Origin: an uncultured Gammaproteobacteria bacterium
Lineage (GTDB): Bacteria; Pseudomonadota; Gammaproteobacteria; DRLM01
Direction: 5' to 3'
Length of the DNA stretch: 64,000 nt
NCBI GenBank assembly: GCA_963729605.1
Contig: CAVSNY010000006.1
Span: 96,001-160,000 of the forward strand
Positions 47,860 to 59,702 of the stretch are shown piece after piece. How positions within the stretch are numbered: the first letter of the stretch is position 1; every line of letters begins with the position of its first letter. Position numbers and translations under genes: made by a program. The notes beneath the pieces are model-generated. The model had not been told where the DNA came from, did no database searches, and saw only the letters and a list, made by a program, of their open reading frames with translations.

Positions 47860-48645
47860 TCAGCGCCCCTTCGCCTTCAAGGCCTGCAAACGCTCATTGG
47901 CCCGCGCCACGGCCGAGTGCTGCGGATAACGCGCCAAAAACTGCTCCAGCGTCTCGCGCGCCTTGGCCCATTCGCCCAGTTCGTAATAACTGAAACCCAG
48001 CTTCAACAAGGCATCCGGCACTTTGGGGCTTTGCGGATACGCGCTGATGACCTTGCCGAACTCGTCCACCGCCTCGCGATAACGGCGGGTCACGTAATTG
48101 GCCTCGCCCAGCCAGTATTGGGCATTGTCCACCAGCTTGCCGTTGGGATGATTGGCGAGCAGGCCGCGGAACAGGGTGATGGCCTCGTCGTAACGGCCCT
48201 CCTTCATTTTGTCGAAGGCCTGCTGATAGGCGGCCTGTTCCTGCTCCGGGGTCGCCGCCGTCATCGCGGCGGGCGCGGCCGCCGGCGCCGCGGCGGGGGC
48301 CGCCACGCTCAGCTGCTGCAACCGCCGGTCGATGTCGAGGTACAAATCCCGCTGCCGCTGCTTGAGGCCGTTGATGTCGTTGGCCTGCACCTCCAATTCA
48401 CCGCGCAGGTTTCGCACCTCCTGTTGCAGCTGTTGAACGCGCTGCAACAGGTCGGTCAACGCCGGTCCTTCCAGCAGGCGTTCCAGCTTGGCCACCCGGG
48501 CCTCCAAGGCCGGGCCGGCATTGGGCTGGGTGGCCGCCACCACCGGCGCGCCGCCGGAGCGGGGCTCCGCCGCCCACACCGGCAGCGCCGCCGCGCAGGC
48601 CGCGCCCAATACCATGCCGCTCAGCACGAGGCGGGACATGCTCAT
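47860..48645 (-). CDS. cpoB: Tol-Pal system protein CpoB (YbgF)
   Basis: Coiled coil LRGELE...LYLDIDRRL; TPR NAQYWLGE and DALLKLG. Confidence 0.92.
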   Translation of the reverse strand: MSMSRLVLSGMVLGAACAAALPVWAAEPRSGGAPVVAATQPNAGPALEARVAKLERLLEGPALTDLLQRVQQLQQEVRNLRGELEVQANDINGLKQRQRDLYLDIDRRLQQLSVAAPAAAPAAAPAAMTAATPEQEQAAYQQAFDKMKEGRYDEAITLFRGLLANHPNGKLVDNAQYWLGEANYVTRRYREAVDEFGKVISAYPQSPKVPDALLKLGFSYYELGEWAKARETLEQFLARYPQHSAVARANERLQALKAKGR

Positions 48646-49211
48646 TGCCCGGTGTAGACGATCTCGACCCGGCGATTCATGCTCCAAGCCGACTCGCCGT
48701 CGCCCAACACCGCAGGACGTTCTTCACCGTAACTCACGCTGGCCAGCTGGCCGGCGGACACGCCGAGCAGGCTCATCATGTCCCTCACCGCGTTGGAACG
48801 GCGTTCGCCCAAGGCGATGTTGTATTCCCGCGAACCGCGCTCGTCGGCATGGCCTTCCAGCGTCACCTTGAGGTTGCCGCGCTGCGCCAGATATTGGGCA
48901 TGGGCCTCGATGGTGGCGCGGTCTTCGGCGCGGATAGTATTGCTGTCGTAATCGAAATAGATCACCCGTTTGGCGAGGGGGCTGGCGGGATCGTTCAAAG
49001 GGTCCATGGTCTGGCTCACCATGCCGCCGCCTTCCGACAACGGCGTGATGCCCGCGCCGCTGCCGGAATCGAAAGGCGAGGTGCTTGCCGTATCCGCCGG
49101 CGGGGTAGCGCCGCCCGTCACCGGCGCGCCTTTTTTCGCGCCGGTGGACCCGCACGCGCTCATCAATACCACCGGCACCAAAATCAAACCGACCTTCAGC
49201 CATTTGTTCAT
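48642..49211 (-). CDS. pal: Peptidoglycan-associated lipoprotein
   Basis: Lipobox MSAC; IYFDYD, EGHADERGSREYNIALGERR and NRRVE motifs. Confidence 0.96.
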   Translation of the reverse strand: MNKWLKVGLILVPVVLMSACGSTGAKKGAPVTGGATPPADTASTSPFDSGSGAGITPLSEGGGMVSQTMDPLNDPASPLAKRVIYFDYDSNTIRAEDRATIEAHAQYLAQRGNLKVTLEGHADERGSREYNIALGERRSNAVRDMMSLLGVSAGQLASVSYGEERPAVLGDGESAWSMNRRVEIVYTGQ

Positions 49212-49353
49212 CTGTCTGCGCTCCCAAGCAATTAAAGAATTAAAGTATAAAACCCGAGTAAAACTCACTTACGAAATTCCGTGCCTCATCTCGGGCGACG
49301 CCGCCCGAAAAAGGCCCGGTAAAATTCAATATCCCGCTTACCGAAGCCGGTCA

Positions 49354-50661
49354 CTACTGCCGCATGGGAGACCACACCGGCTCGCGCGCGTCACCTTCGC
49401 GCGCCGAAAAACGCTGTTGCACGCCGCCGTCGACCGACACCGCCGCCAACACCCCGCGCCGGTTCGCGGTCCTGGTCGCGTAGATGATCATCCTACCATT
49501 GGGCGCGAAACTGGGCGACTCATCGAAGCGGCCGTCGGTGAGCACCTTCAAGGCGCCGCTTTGCAGATTCAGCACCGCGATGTGGTCGCCCCTGTTATCG
49601 CGGTTGATCATCGCCAAGGATTTGCCGTCGGCCGAGACCGTGGCCCGCGCATTATAACTGCCTTCGAAGGTGACGCGCTCGGGCCGGCCGCCGGTCGCGG
49701 CCACCCGGTAGATCTGGGTCGAACCGCCGCGATCCGAGGTGAAATAAATCGTCCGCCCGTCCGGCGACCACGCCGGCTCGGTGTCGATGCCGGGGCTGTC
49801 GGTCACCCGCCGCAGCTGCTTGCTGGCGATATCCATGACGTAGATTTCCGGATTGCCGTCCTTGGACAGGGTCAGCGCCAACTCGCGGCCGTTGGGCGAC
49901 CAGGCGGGCGCGCCGTTGATGCCCGCGAACGAGGTCAGCAACTCGCGTTGCCCGGTCAGCAGATTTTGCAGATAAATCTGCGAACGCTTGTTCTCGAAAG
50001 TGACATAGGCCAAGCGGTTGCCGTCCGCCGACCAGGACGGCGACATCAGCGGCTGCTTGGAATGGACCACGGCCTTGGGATCGTAGCCGTCGGCGTCGGA
50101 CACCTCCAGCGCGTAACGCCGGCTGCCGTCGGCGAGCTGCGCCACCGTCACGTAGGCGATGCGGGTATTGAAGGCGCCCGGTTCGCCGGTGAGGGTTTCA
50201 TAAATGATATCGGCGATCTGATGGGCGGCGCGGCGCAGGCCGTCGGCGTCGCTGCGCACGCTGTAGCCCGCCAACTGCACGCCGCGGAACACGTCGAACA
50301 ATTGGAACTGCACGGTGTAGCCCGCGCCGGTCCGATTGACCCGGCCGATCACCAGACTCTCCACGTTGACCAGCCGCCAATCGCGGAAATTCACCTGCGC
50401 GGTTTCCGACGGGCGCGACAACATGTCCTGCCGCGGCAAGGGCGCGAAGCGGCCGCTGCGTTTCAGGTCGGCGGCCACCACCTCCGCCACGTCCACCGGC
50501 AACAGCGGATCACCGCCCACCGCGAAGGGCACGACGGCGATGGGCAACGCGGTGTCCACGCCTTTGGTGATTTCGATGGTCAGCGCGGCGCGGGCATTAG
50601 CACTCAGCACCAGCATGCAAACCACGCCCATGATCGATATGACGCGCGTTATCGGTCTCAA
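49354..50661 (-). CDS. tolB: TolB
   Basis: PIAVVPF, AHQIADIIYE and TRIAYV motifs; PD40 repeats. Confidence 0.96.
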   Translation of the reverse strand: MRPITRVISIMGVVCMLVLSANARAALTIEITKGVDTALPIAVVPFAVGGDPLLPVDVAEVVAADLKRSGRFAPLPRQDMLSRPSETAQVNFRDWRLVNVESLVIGRVNRTGAGYTVQFQLFDVFRGVQLAGYSVRSDADGLRRAAHQIADIIYETLTGEPGAFNTRIAYVTVAQLADGSRRYALEVSDADGYDPKAVVHSKQPLMSPSWSADGNRLAYVTFENKRSQIYLQNLLTGQRELLTSFAGINGAPAWSPNGRELALTLSKDGNPEIYVMDIASKQLRRVTDSPGIDTEPAWSPDGRTIYFTSDRGGSTQIYRVAATGGRPERVTFEGSYNARATVSADGKSLAMINRDNRGDHIAVLNLQSGALKVLTDGRFDESPSFAPNGRMIIYATRTANRRGVLAAVSVDGGVQQRFSAREGDAREPVWSPMRQ

Positions 50662-50663
50662 TT

Positions 50664-51605
50664 TTAACCCTCCGGCTTAAACACAAATCGCAGTTGACGG
50701 AATTGATCGAACAAACTCGGATCGGACGGCATGGGCAAGGGCGACGCCTTCAGCACCGCGGCCTCCACCGAGCGATCGAACATCGCGTCGCCGCTGCTCC
50801 TCACCACCCGCGCCTCGACCACCTCGCCGCCCGGAATCAATCGCACGAACACTTCGCAGGACATGCCGGCGCGGGCGCTGGGCGGACGTATCCAATTACG
50901 CGCCACCTTTTGCCGAATGATCGCCACCTGCTGATCAATGGCCGATTGCGACAGCCGCCCTTGCTGCTCCTCGGCCAATTGCCGCTGCAAAGCCTCTTCC
51001 GCCTCGCGCTGCCGCCGCGCCTCCTCGGCTTTACGCTTGGCGTCGGCCTCGGCCTGGCGTTTCGCCTCGATCGCCGCCTTGCGCTTGGCCTCCTCTTCCG
51101 CCTTGCGCTTGGCCTCGGCTTCGGATTGACGTTTCGCGTCGGCCTCGGCCTTGCGCTGCTGCTCGATTGCCATTTTACGTTTGGCCTCGGCCTCGGCCAA
51201 CCGCTGCTGTTCCGCTTGATGCTTTTTCGCCTGCGCCGCTTGCGCCGCCTGCTCGGCCTTGAGCTGCTCTTGCCGCTGCTGCTCCGCCGCTTGCCGTTGT
51301 TGGCGTTCCGCCGCCTCGGCCTGGCGTTGTTGTTCCGCGAGACGCTGTTGTTCCGCCTCGCGCCGGCGGCGTTCCTCGTCGGCGACGGCCTTCAAGCGCG
51401 CGGCCTCTTCGTCCTGCTTGCGCTGTTTTTCCGCGCGCAGCTTGCTTTCGTCGATCACCACTGCCTGCACGATCTCTTCACTGCCTTGCAATTTGGGGGG
51501 GTTGTCCACCCATTCCACGCTGGCCACCAGCAACAGGACTAGCACCACGTGCACTAACAGCGCGAACAGCAAGGCGCGCGGATGACTTAACAGGTCTTTC
51601 AGCAT
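50664..51605 (-). CDS. tolA: TolA
   Basis: TM with His; AEK-rich helix; C-terminal WIRP...FDRSVEAAV..ASPLP. Confidence 0.92.
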   Translation of the reverse strand: MLKDLLSHPRALLFALLVHVVLVLLLVASVEWVDNPPKLQGSEEIVQAVVIDESKLRAEKQRKQDEEAARLKAVADEERRRREAEQQRLAEQQRQAEAAERQQRQAAEQQRQEQLKAEQAAQAAQAKKHQAEQQRLAEAEAKRKMAIEQQRKAEADAKRQSEAEAKRKAEEEAKRKAAIEAKRQAEADAKRKAEEARRQREAEEALQRQLAEEQQGRLSQSAIDQQVAIIRQKVARNWIRPPSARAGMSCEVFVRLIPGGEVVEARVVRSSGDAMFDRSVEAAVLKASPLPMPSDPSLFDQFRQLRFVFKPEG

Positions 51606-51643
51606 GATGGCGTTATTCGTTCACCGTTCATCGTCGCCCGGCC

Positions 51644-52084
51644 TCAGCCGCGCTTGGCGGGCTGAGGCGGCTCGGTCAATAAACCCACGCTGGGGGCGCC
51701 GGCCTGTTGCAAGAGGCTCATGGCGCGTAACACCTGTCCGTAGTTGGCCGTTTTGTCGCCGCGCACCAGCACGGGGATGCCGGGTTGGCGCTTCAAGACG
51801 ATCGCCACCCGCTGTAAGACCTGTTCGTCGCTCACCGGTTCGTCTTCCTTGCCGCCGATGTCGAGATAATATTTGCCGGCCGCGTCCACGGTGAGCACCA
51901 GCGGTTCCTTCGATTGCTCCTCCAAGGGTTGCGCGGCGGCCTGCGGCAAATCCACTTTCACGCCCTGCGTGAGCAACGGCGCGGTAATCATGAAGATGAT
52001 CAACAGCACCAGCATCACGTCGATGTAGGGCACCACGTTGATCTCGGCCATCAGGCGTTTTTTCTGGCGTTTGCCGGCTGCCAT
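51644..52084 (-). CDS. tolR: TolR
   Basis: EINVVPYIDVMLVLLIIFM motif. Confidence 0.95.
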   Translation of the reverse strand: MAAGKRQKKRLMAEINVVPYIDVMLVLLIIFMITAPLLTQGVKVDLPQAAAQPLEEQSKEPLVLTVDAAGKYYLDIGGKEDEPVSDEQVLQRVAIVLKRQPGIPVLVRGDKTANYGQVLRAMSLLQQAGAPSVGLLTEPPQPAKRG

Positions 52085-52116
52085 TATGTGCGTCCTCTCA
52101 ACGAACCGGCCACGAC

Positions 52117-52791
52117 TCAGGCCCGCGCCTGGCGCTGCAACACCGAGGAGAATTCCTCGAGGAAATTGTCATAACGATTGACGATGCGCTCCAGGTCGGT
52201 GGAATAGCGGTTATAGGCGATCACCGCCGGGATGGCGGCGAACAGGCCCATGGCGGTGGCGATCAAGGCCTCGGCGATGCCGGGCGCCACCATCGCCAGA
52301 CTGGCCTGATTGACGTTGGCCAGGGCGCGGAAGGAATTCATGATGCCCCACACCGTGCCGAACAGGCCGACGTAAGGGCTGGTGGAACCCACCGTCGCCA
52401 GAAACGGCAGGTGCAGTTCCAGGCGCTCGGTCTCGCGGTTGAGCGCCACCCGCATGGCGCGCTGCACGCTGTCCATCAACTCCCGGCTGTCCACATTGCC
52501 TTGCTGACGGATGCGCAGGAATTCCTTGAAGCCGGAGTGAAAAATATTTTCCATGCCGTTCATCTGCCCTTGGCGCAACGACACCTCGCGATAGAGCTGG
52601 GCCAGATCGCCGCCCGACCAGAAGCGGGTCTCGAATTGCTGGGCGGACTCGCGGGCGGCTTTCATCTCGTTGCGTTTGCGGAAGATCACGAACCACGACA
52701 ACACCGACAGGATCAGTAACAGCAGCATCACCAGCTGCACCAGCAGGCTGGCGTTGGCGATCAAATGGATGAAGGATAAATCAGCCGACAC
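52117..52791 (-). CDS. tolQ: TolQ
   Basis: SPYVGLFGTVWGIM and APGIAEALIATA motifs. Confidence 0.96.
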   Translation of the reverse strand: MSADLSFIHLIANASLLVQLVMLLLLILSVLSWFVIFRKRNEMKAARESAQQFETRFWSGGDLAQLYREVSLRQGQMNGMENIFHSGFKEFLRIRQQGNVDSRELMDSVQRAMRVALNRETERLELHLPFLATVGSTSPYVGLFGTVWGIMNSFRALANVNQASLAMVAPGIAEALIATAMGLFAAIPAVIAYNRYSTDLERIVNRYDNFLEEFSSVLQRQARA

Positions 52792-53278
52792 GTGTTATCT
52801 CCGCGATTAGATGAGTAGGGATGGGGCAAGGCCGCAGGGTGGCGGCCTTCAGGCAGGCGATTTTGATCTGTCCCATGCATAGTCTGTTTTCGTTGTCCGC
52901 GAGCATGCGTTGGTAAGCGGCCGGAGTGATGAAACCCGCTAAATTCGAAGACGCCGCGCCGAGACGCAGCACATGTTGGATGAAACTCAAACTGGCCCGG
53001 CCTCGCTCGCTCACCTCGGCCGTGACGGCCAGCAGGTCGTTGAAACGCGCGGGCCGCAGATAATCCGCCTGCACCGCGCGAACCGCGAATAGGACATCAT
53101 GCTGCCGGATAAGTTCGTCTTGCTCGATCCCGCAGTGGCGCAGCCATTCGCTGCGGGCGCGCTCCATGAATTTGAGATAGTTGGCGTAGTACACCACGCC
53201 GCCGCTGTCGGTGTCTTCGTAATAGACCCGCACCGGCCAGACGAATACCCGGCTTTCCCGCTCATGTTCGGCGTTCAA
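52781..53278 (-). CDS. ybgC: Tol-Pal-associated acyl-CoA thioesterase
   Basis: RVYYEDTDSGGVVYYANYLKFMERAR motif. Confidence 0.94.
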   Translation of the reverse strand: MNAEHERESRVFVWPVRVYYEDTDSGGVVYYANYLKFMERARSEWLRHCGIEQDELIRQHDVLFAVRAVQADYLRPARFNDLLAVTAEVSERGRASLSFIQHVLRLGAASSNLAGFITPAAYQRMLADNENRLCMGQIKIACLKAATLRPCPIPTHLIAEITRVG

Positions 53279-53365
53279 GAATGTCGCCTGATGAAAAATC
53301 GCCGCGCGCCCTACGCCCCCAGCCCGGCGTTATTCTAACCGTAAACGCCGCGGGCCGCAGCCCCG

Positions 53366-54430
<1,065 letters not shown>

Positions 54431-54885
54431 AGTATCGAGGTCCAAGTCTGTGACGGATGATGCCCTGTCACCCTGCGTGTCGCAAGTCTTGGCGGCCGCA
54501 TCGCCGAGAAATATCAGCCTTTAAACCCGCCCCGCGAAGCGCGGACCTCGACCCTGCTCCCCCAGCATGATGCAACGTGCATCTGGCATTTCGGTGACAG
54601 CCTTGGGCAAAAACACTTACCTCTTGTATAGCTATAACAACCCGGTTAACGTGTGTCTGGCCGCGGTCGAACCAACACGAAGAAGCCTGTTTACGCACCC
54701 GCGCTAGCATGCGGACACATATAAAGAAAACGACCTCTACATTAGAGCAAAATCGAGTCGATGGATTGTAGAATCCGTTCTAAAGAGGGGGAAACTCTGC
54801 ACTCAAGCCTGGCGCATAAACAAACCATCTCAGTTCACCATGGACTGAGGCAACTGCACGCGCCTAACTTAGAGTTAATTACCTA

Positions 54886-55215
54886 ATGTCGCGCCGTTGG
54901 CTTACGCCCCACCAGAGCCAATACTACGCCTGGCTGCTAACCCGCCGCGCCGGGGGCGACACGCTCGAATCCCTTGCCTCCACTTTGGTTAATTCGCAGG
55001 TGGACCTCAATCCCCATCAGGTCGAGGCCGCGCTGTTCGCTTGCAAGAATCCCCTCTCCCGCGGGGTGATCCTCGCCAACGAGGTCGGACTTGGAAAGAC
55101 CATCGAAGCCGGTCTCGTCATTTCGCAGTGCTGGGCCGAGCGGCGCCGCCGTAAAGAAGATGGTTACTCTTCCGTGGGCAGAGAGGATAAGACGGAACAG
55201 ATAGAACTGCTTTGA
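54886..55215 (+). pseudogene. N-terminal remnant of an SNF2-type helicase
   Basis: VDLNPHQVEAALF and ILANEVGLGKTIEAG (motif I); ends immediately afterwards. Confidence 0.75.
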
Positions 55216-55247
55216 TTACGTATAACACATTGGGACTAAGATTCCGC

Positions 55248-55892
55248 ATGAGTAATCGATACCAGGCGCAAGGCATTGAAGCTGAGTTTGAGCCCGGCTC
55301 GCGGGAGAGGGTGCTGCGCAATCTGCTGGGTATACGCCGAGTTCGGGAAATGGGCCAGCGTGAATCCGAAGCGCTGTTGGCGGCGACGCAGAGGTTGATT
55401 GATGAAACGTCCGTGAATAAGCGATTCACGGCGGATGATATTCGGCGCATGCACAGACTCTGGCTGGAGGATATCTACCCGTGGGCGGGAGAAGATCGGC
55501 AGGTGAATCTCGCAAGAAATGGTTTCATGTTTGCCGCAGCGGGACAAATTGGGAGACTTATGCGTCAGCTTGAACAAGGGCCGTTAAGGGAGTTCACGCC
55601 CTGCCATTTTAATAATATTGAGGATCAGGCCCGTGCTTTGGCCGTGGTGCACACGGAGTTGATTTTAATTCATCCCTTCCGTGACGGGAATGGGCGTTGC
55701 GCTCGCCTGTTGGCAGTTTTAATGGGGCTGCAGGCGGGATTGCCGGCGTTGGATTTCAGTGGTGTACGTGGGAAAGAGAAGCAGCGCTATATTGCGGCGA
55801 TTCATGCTGGCCTAGGTGGAGACTATGCTCCGATGATCGCGGTGTTTCGCCGTATTATCGGGCGGACTTTGAGGTCGGAGGGCGTGACTTGA
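55248..55892 (+). CDS. Fic-family protein
   Basis: Canonical HPFRDGNGR motif; EPGSRERVLRNLLGI and IYPWAG. Confidence 0.9.
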   Translation: MSNRYQAQGIEAEFEPGSRERVLRNLLGIRRVREMGQRESEALLAATQRLIDETSVNKRFTADDIRRMHRLWLEDIYPWAGEDRQVNLARNGFMFAAAGQIGRLMRQLEQGPLREFTPCHFNNIEDQARALAVVHTELILIHPFRDGNGRCARLLAVLMGLQAGLPALDFSGVRGKEKQRYIAAIHAGLGGDYAPMIAVFRRIIGRTLRSEGVT

Positions 55893-56082
55893 CGCGAGAA
55901 CCGCCCTTCTTGCGTAGCGTCTCAACTTTTGAGGCTGATCGTGCGTTGAGAGTTTCTACTTTCGTAAAGCGCACGTTAATGCCTTCAATGGAGGAAGAAC
56001 TGACAACGGATTTGATAACACCCCGCTTGCGGGAATCGGGGTTGCGCATATAGGGATTGGCTTTTGATAGTTTTTTGCTCAT
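55855..56082 (-). CDS. Putative Fic antitoxin (75 aa), convergent with fic
   Basis: SSSIEG matches the (S/T)xxxE(G/N) Fic-inhibition motif; TGcTATAAT lies 6 nt upstream of the ATG. Confidence 0.6.
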   Translation of the reverse strand: MSKKLSKANPYMRNPDSRKRGVIKSVVSSSSIEGINVRFTKVETLNARSASKVETLRKKGGSRVKSRPPTSKSAR

Positions 56083-56121
56083 GGGCGAATTATAGCAGAT
56101 AGCGCTTTCGGGGAATTGCGA

Positions 56122-56905
56122 ATGAATCGATATGTTAATCCAATTGCCGGCCGCCTGAGCCTGCGTCCACCTCAGCGGCTGTCGTTGGAAATCCTGAACC
56201 GCATTACGGAGATTACCCCGCCCCCGGAAGGAGGCCGACCTCGAATCGGCCTTGGCGGCCATCCGCAGCGAGTTTCCCTCGGTCACCGATTTTGAGCGGG
56301 AGTTCCCGTCGCTGTGTTTCGCGTTGGCGACCGGCGTTGGCAAGACCCGTTTGATGGGGCCTTTATCAGCTATCTGCACCTGGCGCATGGCATCAATAAT
56401 TTCTTCGCGCTAGCGCCGAATCTGACTATCTATAACAAGCTGATCACAGACTTCATGCCCAATACGCCGAAATATGTGTTCAAGGGAATCGCGGAATTCA
56501 CCGTGAATGTGCCGGCCATTATTACCGGCAATAATGACGAACAACGCGATCCCGCCTCGGGCACATTGTTCGGCGGCGTGGTCGTGAATATCTTCAATAT
56601 TTCCAAATATCAATTCCGAGGTGCGCGGCGGCAAGTCGCCCCGCATCAAGCGCCTGTTCGAGTATATCGGCGAAAGCTACTTCGACTACTTGGCGGGCCT
56701 GCCGGACTTGGTGCTGCTGATGGACGAGTCACACCGCTATCGCGCCAGCGCCGGGGGCGGGCGATCAACGAGCTGAAGCCGCTCATCGGCCTGGAATTCA
56801 GGGCGACACCATTCGTGGAATCCGCGCGCGAGTCCGTGCCGTTTAAGAACGTGGTGATGGATTATCTTCTGGAGCGCGCTATGGAAGATAGTTTCGTCAA
56901 ATATC
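56122..56905 (+). pseudogene. Type III restriction (Res) subunit pseudogene
   Basis: MNRYVNPIAGRLSLRPPQ, CFALATGVGKTRLMG, LAPNLTIYNKL and LMDESHRYRA lie in different frames (at least 3 frameshifts); truncated. Confidence 0.8.
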
Positions 56906-56908
56906 CAC

Positions 56909-57391
56909 CTAAGCGTAAGCCAGGCGCCGCGTTGCAGGGCTCGCTGTTTTAGCGTGGGCGGCTTTTATGTGGGCGATCCGCATACCGCAATAGTCTTTGA
57001 CCGCGTTGGCCACCATCGAGCGATGGCAGAAATTGGAGTCAGCCCCATAGCAGAGTAGCGCGCAGTTCGACGACGCTGCCAATGACGAGAAATCAGCGAC
57101 AGCCTCCCCTTGGGTTTTTAAATATTTGAGGAAGTCCTCGGTGTAGCGCTTCCAGTTCCCGTCTTCGCGATAGCGGTTGCGGATCGGCTTAGGACAACCG
57201 AGCTTCACCATGTGAACGTACTCGCGGCCGGTGAGGTTGAGCAGATTCTCCAAAGCTTTCGAGAAACCCGGCTTGCGTGACAGGGGCAGCTCGCGGACGT
57301 CAACAATCATGTCGATGTCGTGCTCGATCAGCAGTGATATAAACGCATCTATGTCCAGCCCCTCGTAGCCTATGGTAAAAATAGTAGCCAT
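56909..57391 (-). CDS. DUF488 family protein
   Basis: IFTIGYEG, VDVRELPLSRKPGFSK and ALLCY...CHRS motifs. Confidence 0.85.
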   Translation of the reverse strand: MATIFTIGYEGLDIDAFISLLIEHDIDMIVDVRELPLSRKPGFSKALENLLNLTGREYVHMVKLGCPKPIRNRYREDGNWKRYTEDFLKYLKTQGEAVADFSSLAASSNCALLCYGADSNFCHRSMVANAVKDYCGMRIAHIKAAHAKTASPATRRLAYA

Positions 57392-57475
57392 TTATACGAC
57401 CTTTAAACCTATACGACCTTTAAACAAATTTAAATCAAGATTCAGTACGATCGAGACGGAGTACCTCAATGAGCA

Positions 57476-58087
57476 TCAGCCTTTCAAGCCGCTTTGCAAG
57501 GCGCGGCGGATGATCTCTTCACACTCTAAACCTTCGGTATCGATGCGCAACACCATGCGGCTGGCGTCGGGCGGTTTGTAGCCCAGCACCACCAAAGCGC
57601 TGATGGCGTCGTTCACCGCGGTGGATGCCGACGGCGCGGTGCCCACCGCCGTCTCGGCCTTAGTCAGCGACAGGCCTTCCGCCTTGGCCTTGAGCCGATC
57701 GCGCATTTCCATCACCAGACGTTCGGCGGTTTTTTTGCCGACGCCGGGCAAGCGGGTGAGGCGGGCCACGTCGTTGTCGCGCACGCAGCGCACGAAATCA
57801 TCCACCGCGATGCCGGACAAAATCGCCGCCGCCAGCTTAGCGCCCACGCCGTTGACCTTGATCAAGTCGCGAAACAGCGCGCGGTCGCTCTCGCCGGCGA
57901 AGCCGTAGAGGATGTGGGCGTCTTCGCGGACGATGAGGTGGGTGTGCAGCACCGCCTCGTCGCCCAGCGCCGGCAATTGGAAATACGTGGTGAGCGGCAC
58001 CTCGACTTCGTAGCCCACCCCCTGCACGTCGATCAGCACATGGGGCGCCTGCTTCTCCAGCAGTTTGCCGCGCAGCCGGCCGATCAT
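57476..58087 (-). CDS. ruvA: RuvA
   Basis: MIGRLRG, GVGYEV, VRED, GVGAKLA and [10 protein letters not shown] motifs. Confidence 0.96.
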   Translation of the reverse strand: MIGRLRGKLLEKQAPHVLIDVQGVGYEVEVPLTTYFQLPALGDEAVLHTHLIVREDAHILYGFAGESDRALFRDLIKVNGVGAKLAAAILSGIAVDDFVRCVRDNDVARLTRLPGVGKKTAERLVMEMRDRLKAKAEGLSLTKAETAVGTAPSASTAVNDAISALVVLGYKPPDASRMVLRIDTEGLECEEIIRRALQSGLKG

Positions 58088-58605
58088 CGCCAGCGCCCCG
58101 CGCGCATGCCGCGTGTCGCGGCGGGCAACGCCGCCAGGGTTTGGCGGGTGTGGCCGTGACAAAGGGCGCAGGCCAGCGCGTCGGCGGCGTCGGCCTGCGG
58201 GGTGTTTGAAAGTTGCAGCAGCGTCGTCACCATGTGTTGTACCTGTTCCTTGCTCGCCCCGCCGCGGCCCACCAGCGCCTGCTTGATTTGAGTGGCGGAA
58301 TATTCCGCCACCGGCCGCTCGCGATTCATCACCGCGCACAACGCCGCGCCGCGGGCCTGGCCCAGTTTGAGGGCGGAATCCACATTGCGCTGCACGAAGA
58401 CCTTTTCGATCGCCACCTCGTCGGGCAGGTATTCCGCGACGATGCGCCCCAAGCCTTCAAAAATGATCCGCAATCGCTCGGGGAATTCTTCATCCTCCAT
58501 GCGCACGCAGCCGCTGGCGAGGTACACCGCCTGGCGGCCGCGCAGCTCGATGAGGCCGTAACCCGTGACGCGCGAACCCGGATCGATGCCGAGGATGCGG
58601 GTCAT
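58084..58605 (-). CDS. ruvC: RuvC
   Basis: [20 protein letters not shown] and DAADALA motifs. Confidence 0.96.
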   Translation of the reverse strand: MTRILGIDPGSRVTGYGLIELRGRQAVYLASGCVRMEDEEFPERLRIIFEGLGRIVAEYLPDEVAIEKVFVQRNVDSALKLGQARGAALCAVMNRERPVAEYSATQIKQALVGRGGASKEQVQHMVTTLLQLSNTPQADAADALACALCHGHTRQTLAALPAATRGMRAGRWR

Positions 58606-58687
58606 CGCCCGATTACCGAAATTGACTGGTCATGTGCCGAGTTAAAAGGTAACAAGCTTTCCATCATCTGCCCTCTCGACTCGGACA

Positions 58688-59431
58688 TTACAATTGATCC
58701 AACACCTCTTCGGAAATGTCCGCGTTGGAATAGACGTTCTGCACGTCGTCCAGGTCTTCCAGCATCTCCACCATCTTCACCATCTTCGCCGCGTCCTCGG
58801 TGCCGAGCGCGACGCTGACCGCGGCGCGCATGGTTACTTCGGCGGACTCTGGCATCAGTTCCGCCGCCAGCAGCGCCGCCTTGACGGCCTCGAAACGTTC
58901 CGGCGCGGCCAGCACCTCCACCGAGCCGTCTTCGTTGTTCACGATGTCGTCGGCCCCGGCGTCCAAGGCGATTTCCATGATGCGGTCTTCGTCGCTGCCC
59001 GCCGCGTAACCGAATACCCCGGTCTTGGTGAACAGATAGGCCACCGAGCCGTCGGTGCCGAGATTGCCGCCGCATTTATTGAAGGCATGGCGCACGTCGG
59101 CGACGGTGCGGTGGCGGTTGTCGGTCATGCAGTCCACCATCACCGCCACCCCGCCCGGGGCGTAGCCCTCGTAGCGCACTTCTTCGTAATTCTGCCCTTC
59201 CAGCTCACCGGCGCCGCGTTTGATGGCGCGCTCGACGGTGTCGCGGGTCATGTTGGCGGTGAGGGCCTTGTCGATGGCGGTGCGCAGCCGGGGATTGGAC
59301 GCCGCGTCCGCGCCGCCCATACGGGCCGCGACGGTGATCTCACGTATCAGTTTGGTGAACAGCTTGCCGCGCTTGGCGTCCTGCACGCCCTTGCGGTGCT
59401 GGATATTGGCCCATTTACTATGCCCTGCCAT
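58688..59431 (-). CDS. yebC: YebC/PmpR family protein
   Basis: [18 protein letters not shown] and DDVQNVYSN motifs. Confidence 0.96.
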   Translation of the reverse strand: MAGHSKWANIQHRKGVQDAKRGKLFTKLIREITVAARMGGADAASNPRLRTAIDKALTANMTRDTVERAIKRGAGELEGQNYEEVRYEGYAPGGVAVMVDCMTDNRHRTVADVRHAFNKCGGNLGTDGSVAYLFTKTGVFGYAAGSDEDRIMEIALDAGADDIVNNEDGSVEVLAAPERFEAVKAALLAAELMPESAEVTMRAAVSVALGTEDAAKMVKMVEMLEDLDDVQNVYSNADISEEVLDQL

Positions 59432-59702
59432 GCCTGCCTCAAAAATCCTGGGGATTTGGAAAATTGGGCTAGTGTAGCAGCTCGCCGGGGCCAGGGTCAC
59501 GGCGGCCCGGCGGGGCCGGATTGATCAAACCATTCGGCCGCCACCCGGGGCATGCTTATCGGCCCGCCGATCCGGATCAGGTCGATATCTCATCGCCGGC
59601 CGGGAAAGCGGCGGCTATATTATAGGCAAGCGAGGCGGCGGGACGCCGTCCAATTGCAGTAGAATGAACTCGACCCAGCCACTGCAAAGGAGACTGACGA
59701 CG

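Noticed and set aside
50950-51430. Repetitive sequence inside tolA
   Set aside because: Ordinary Ala/Glu/Lys helical coding repeats; no CRISPR repeat-spacer array was seen anywhere in the window
54468-54880. 80-aa ORF and possible structured RNA at the islet edge
   Set aside because: No recognisable family or convincing stems
55855-56388. 177-aa version of the antitoxin candidate ORF
   Set aside because: The upstream part is antisense to the Res pseudogene; the promoter position favours ATG 56082
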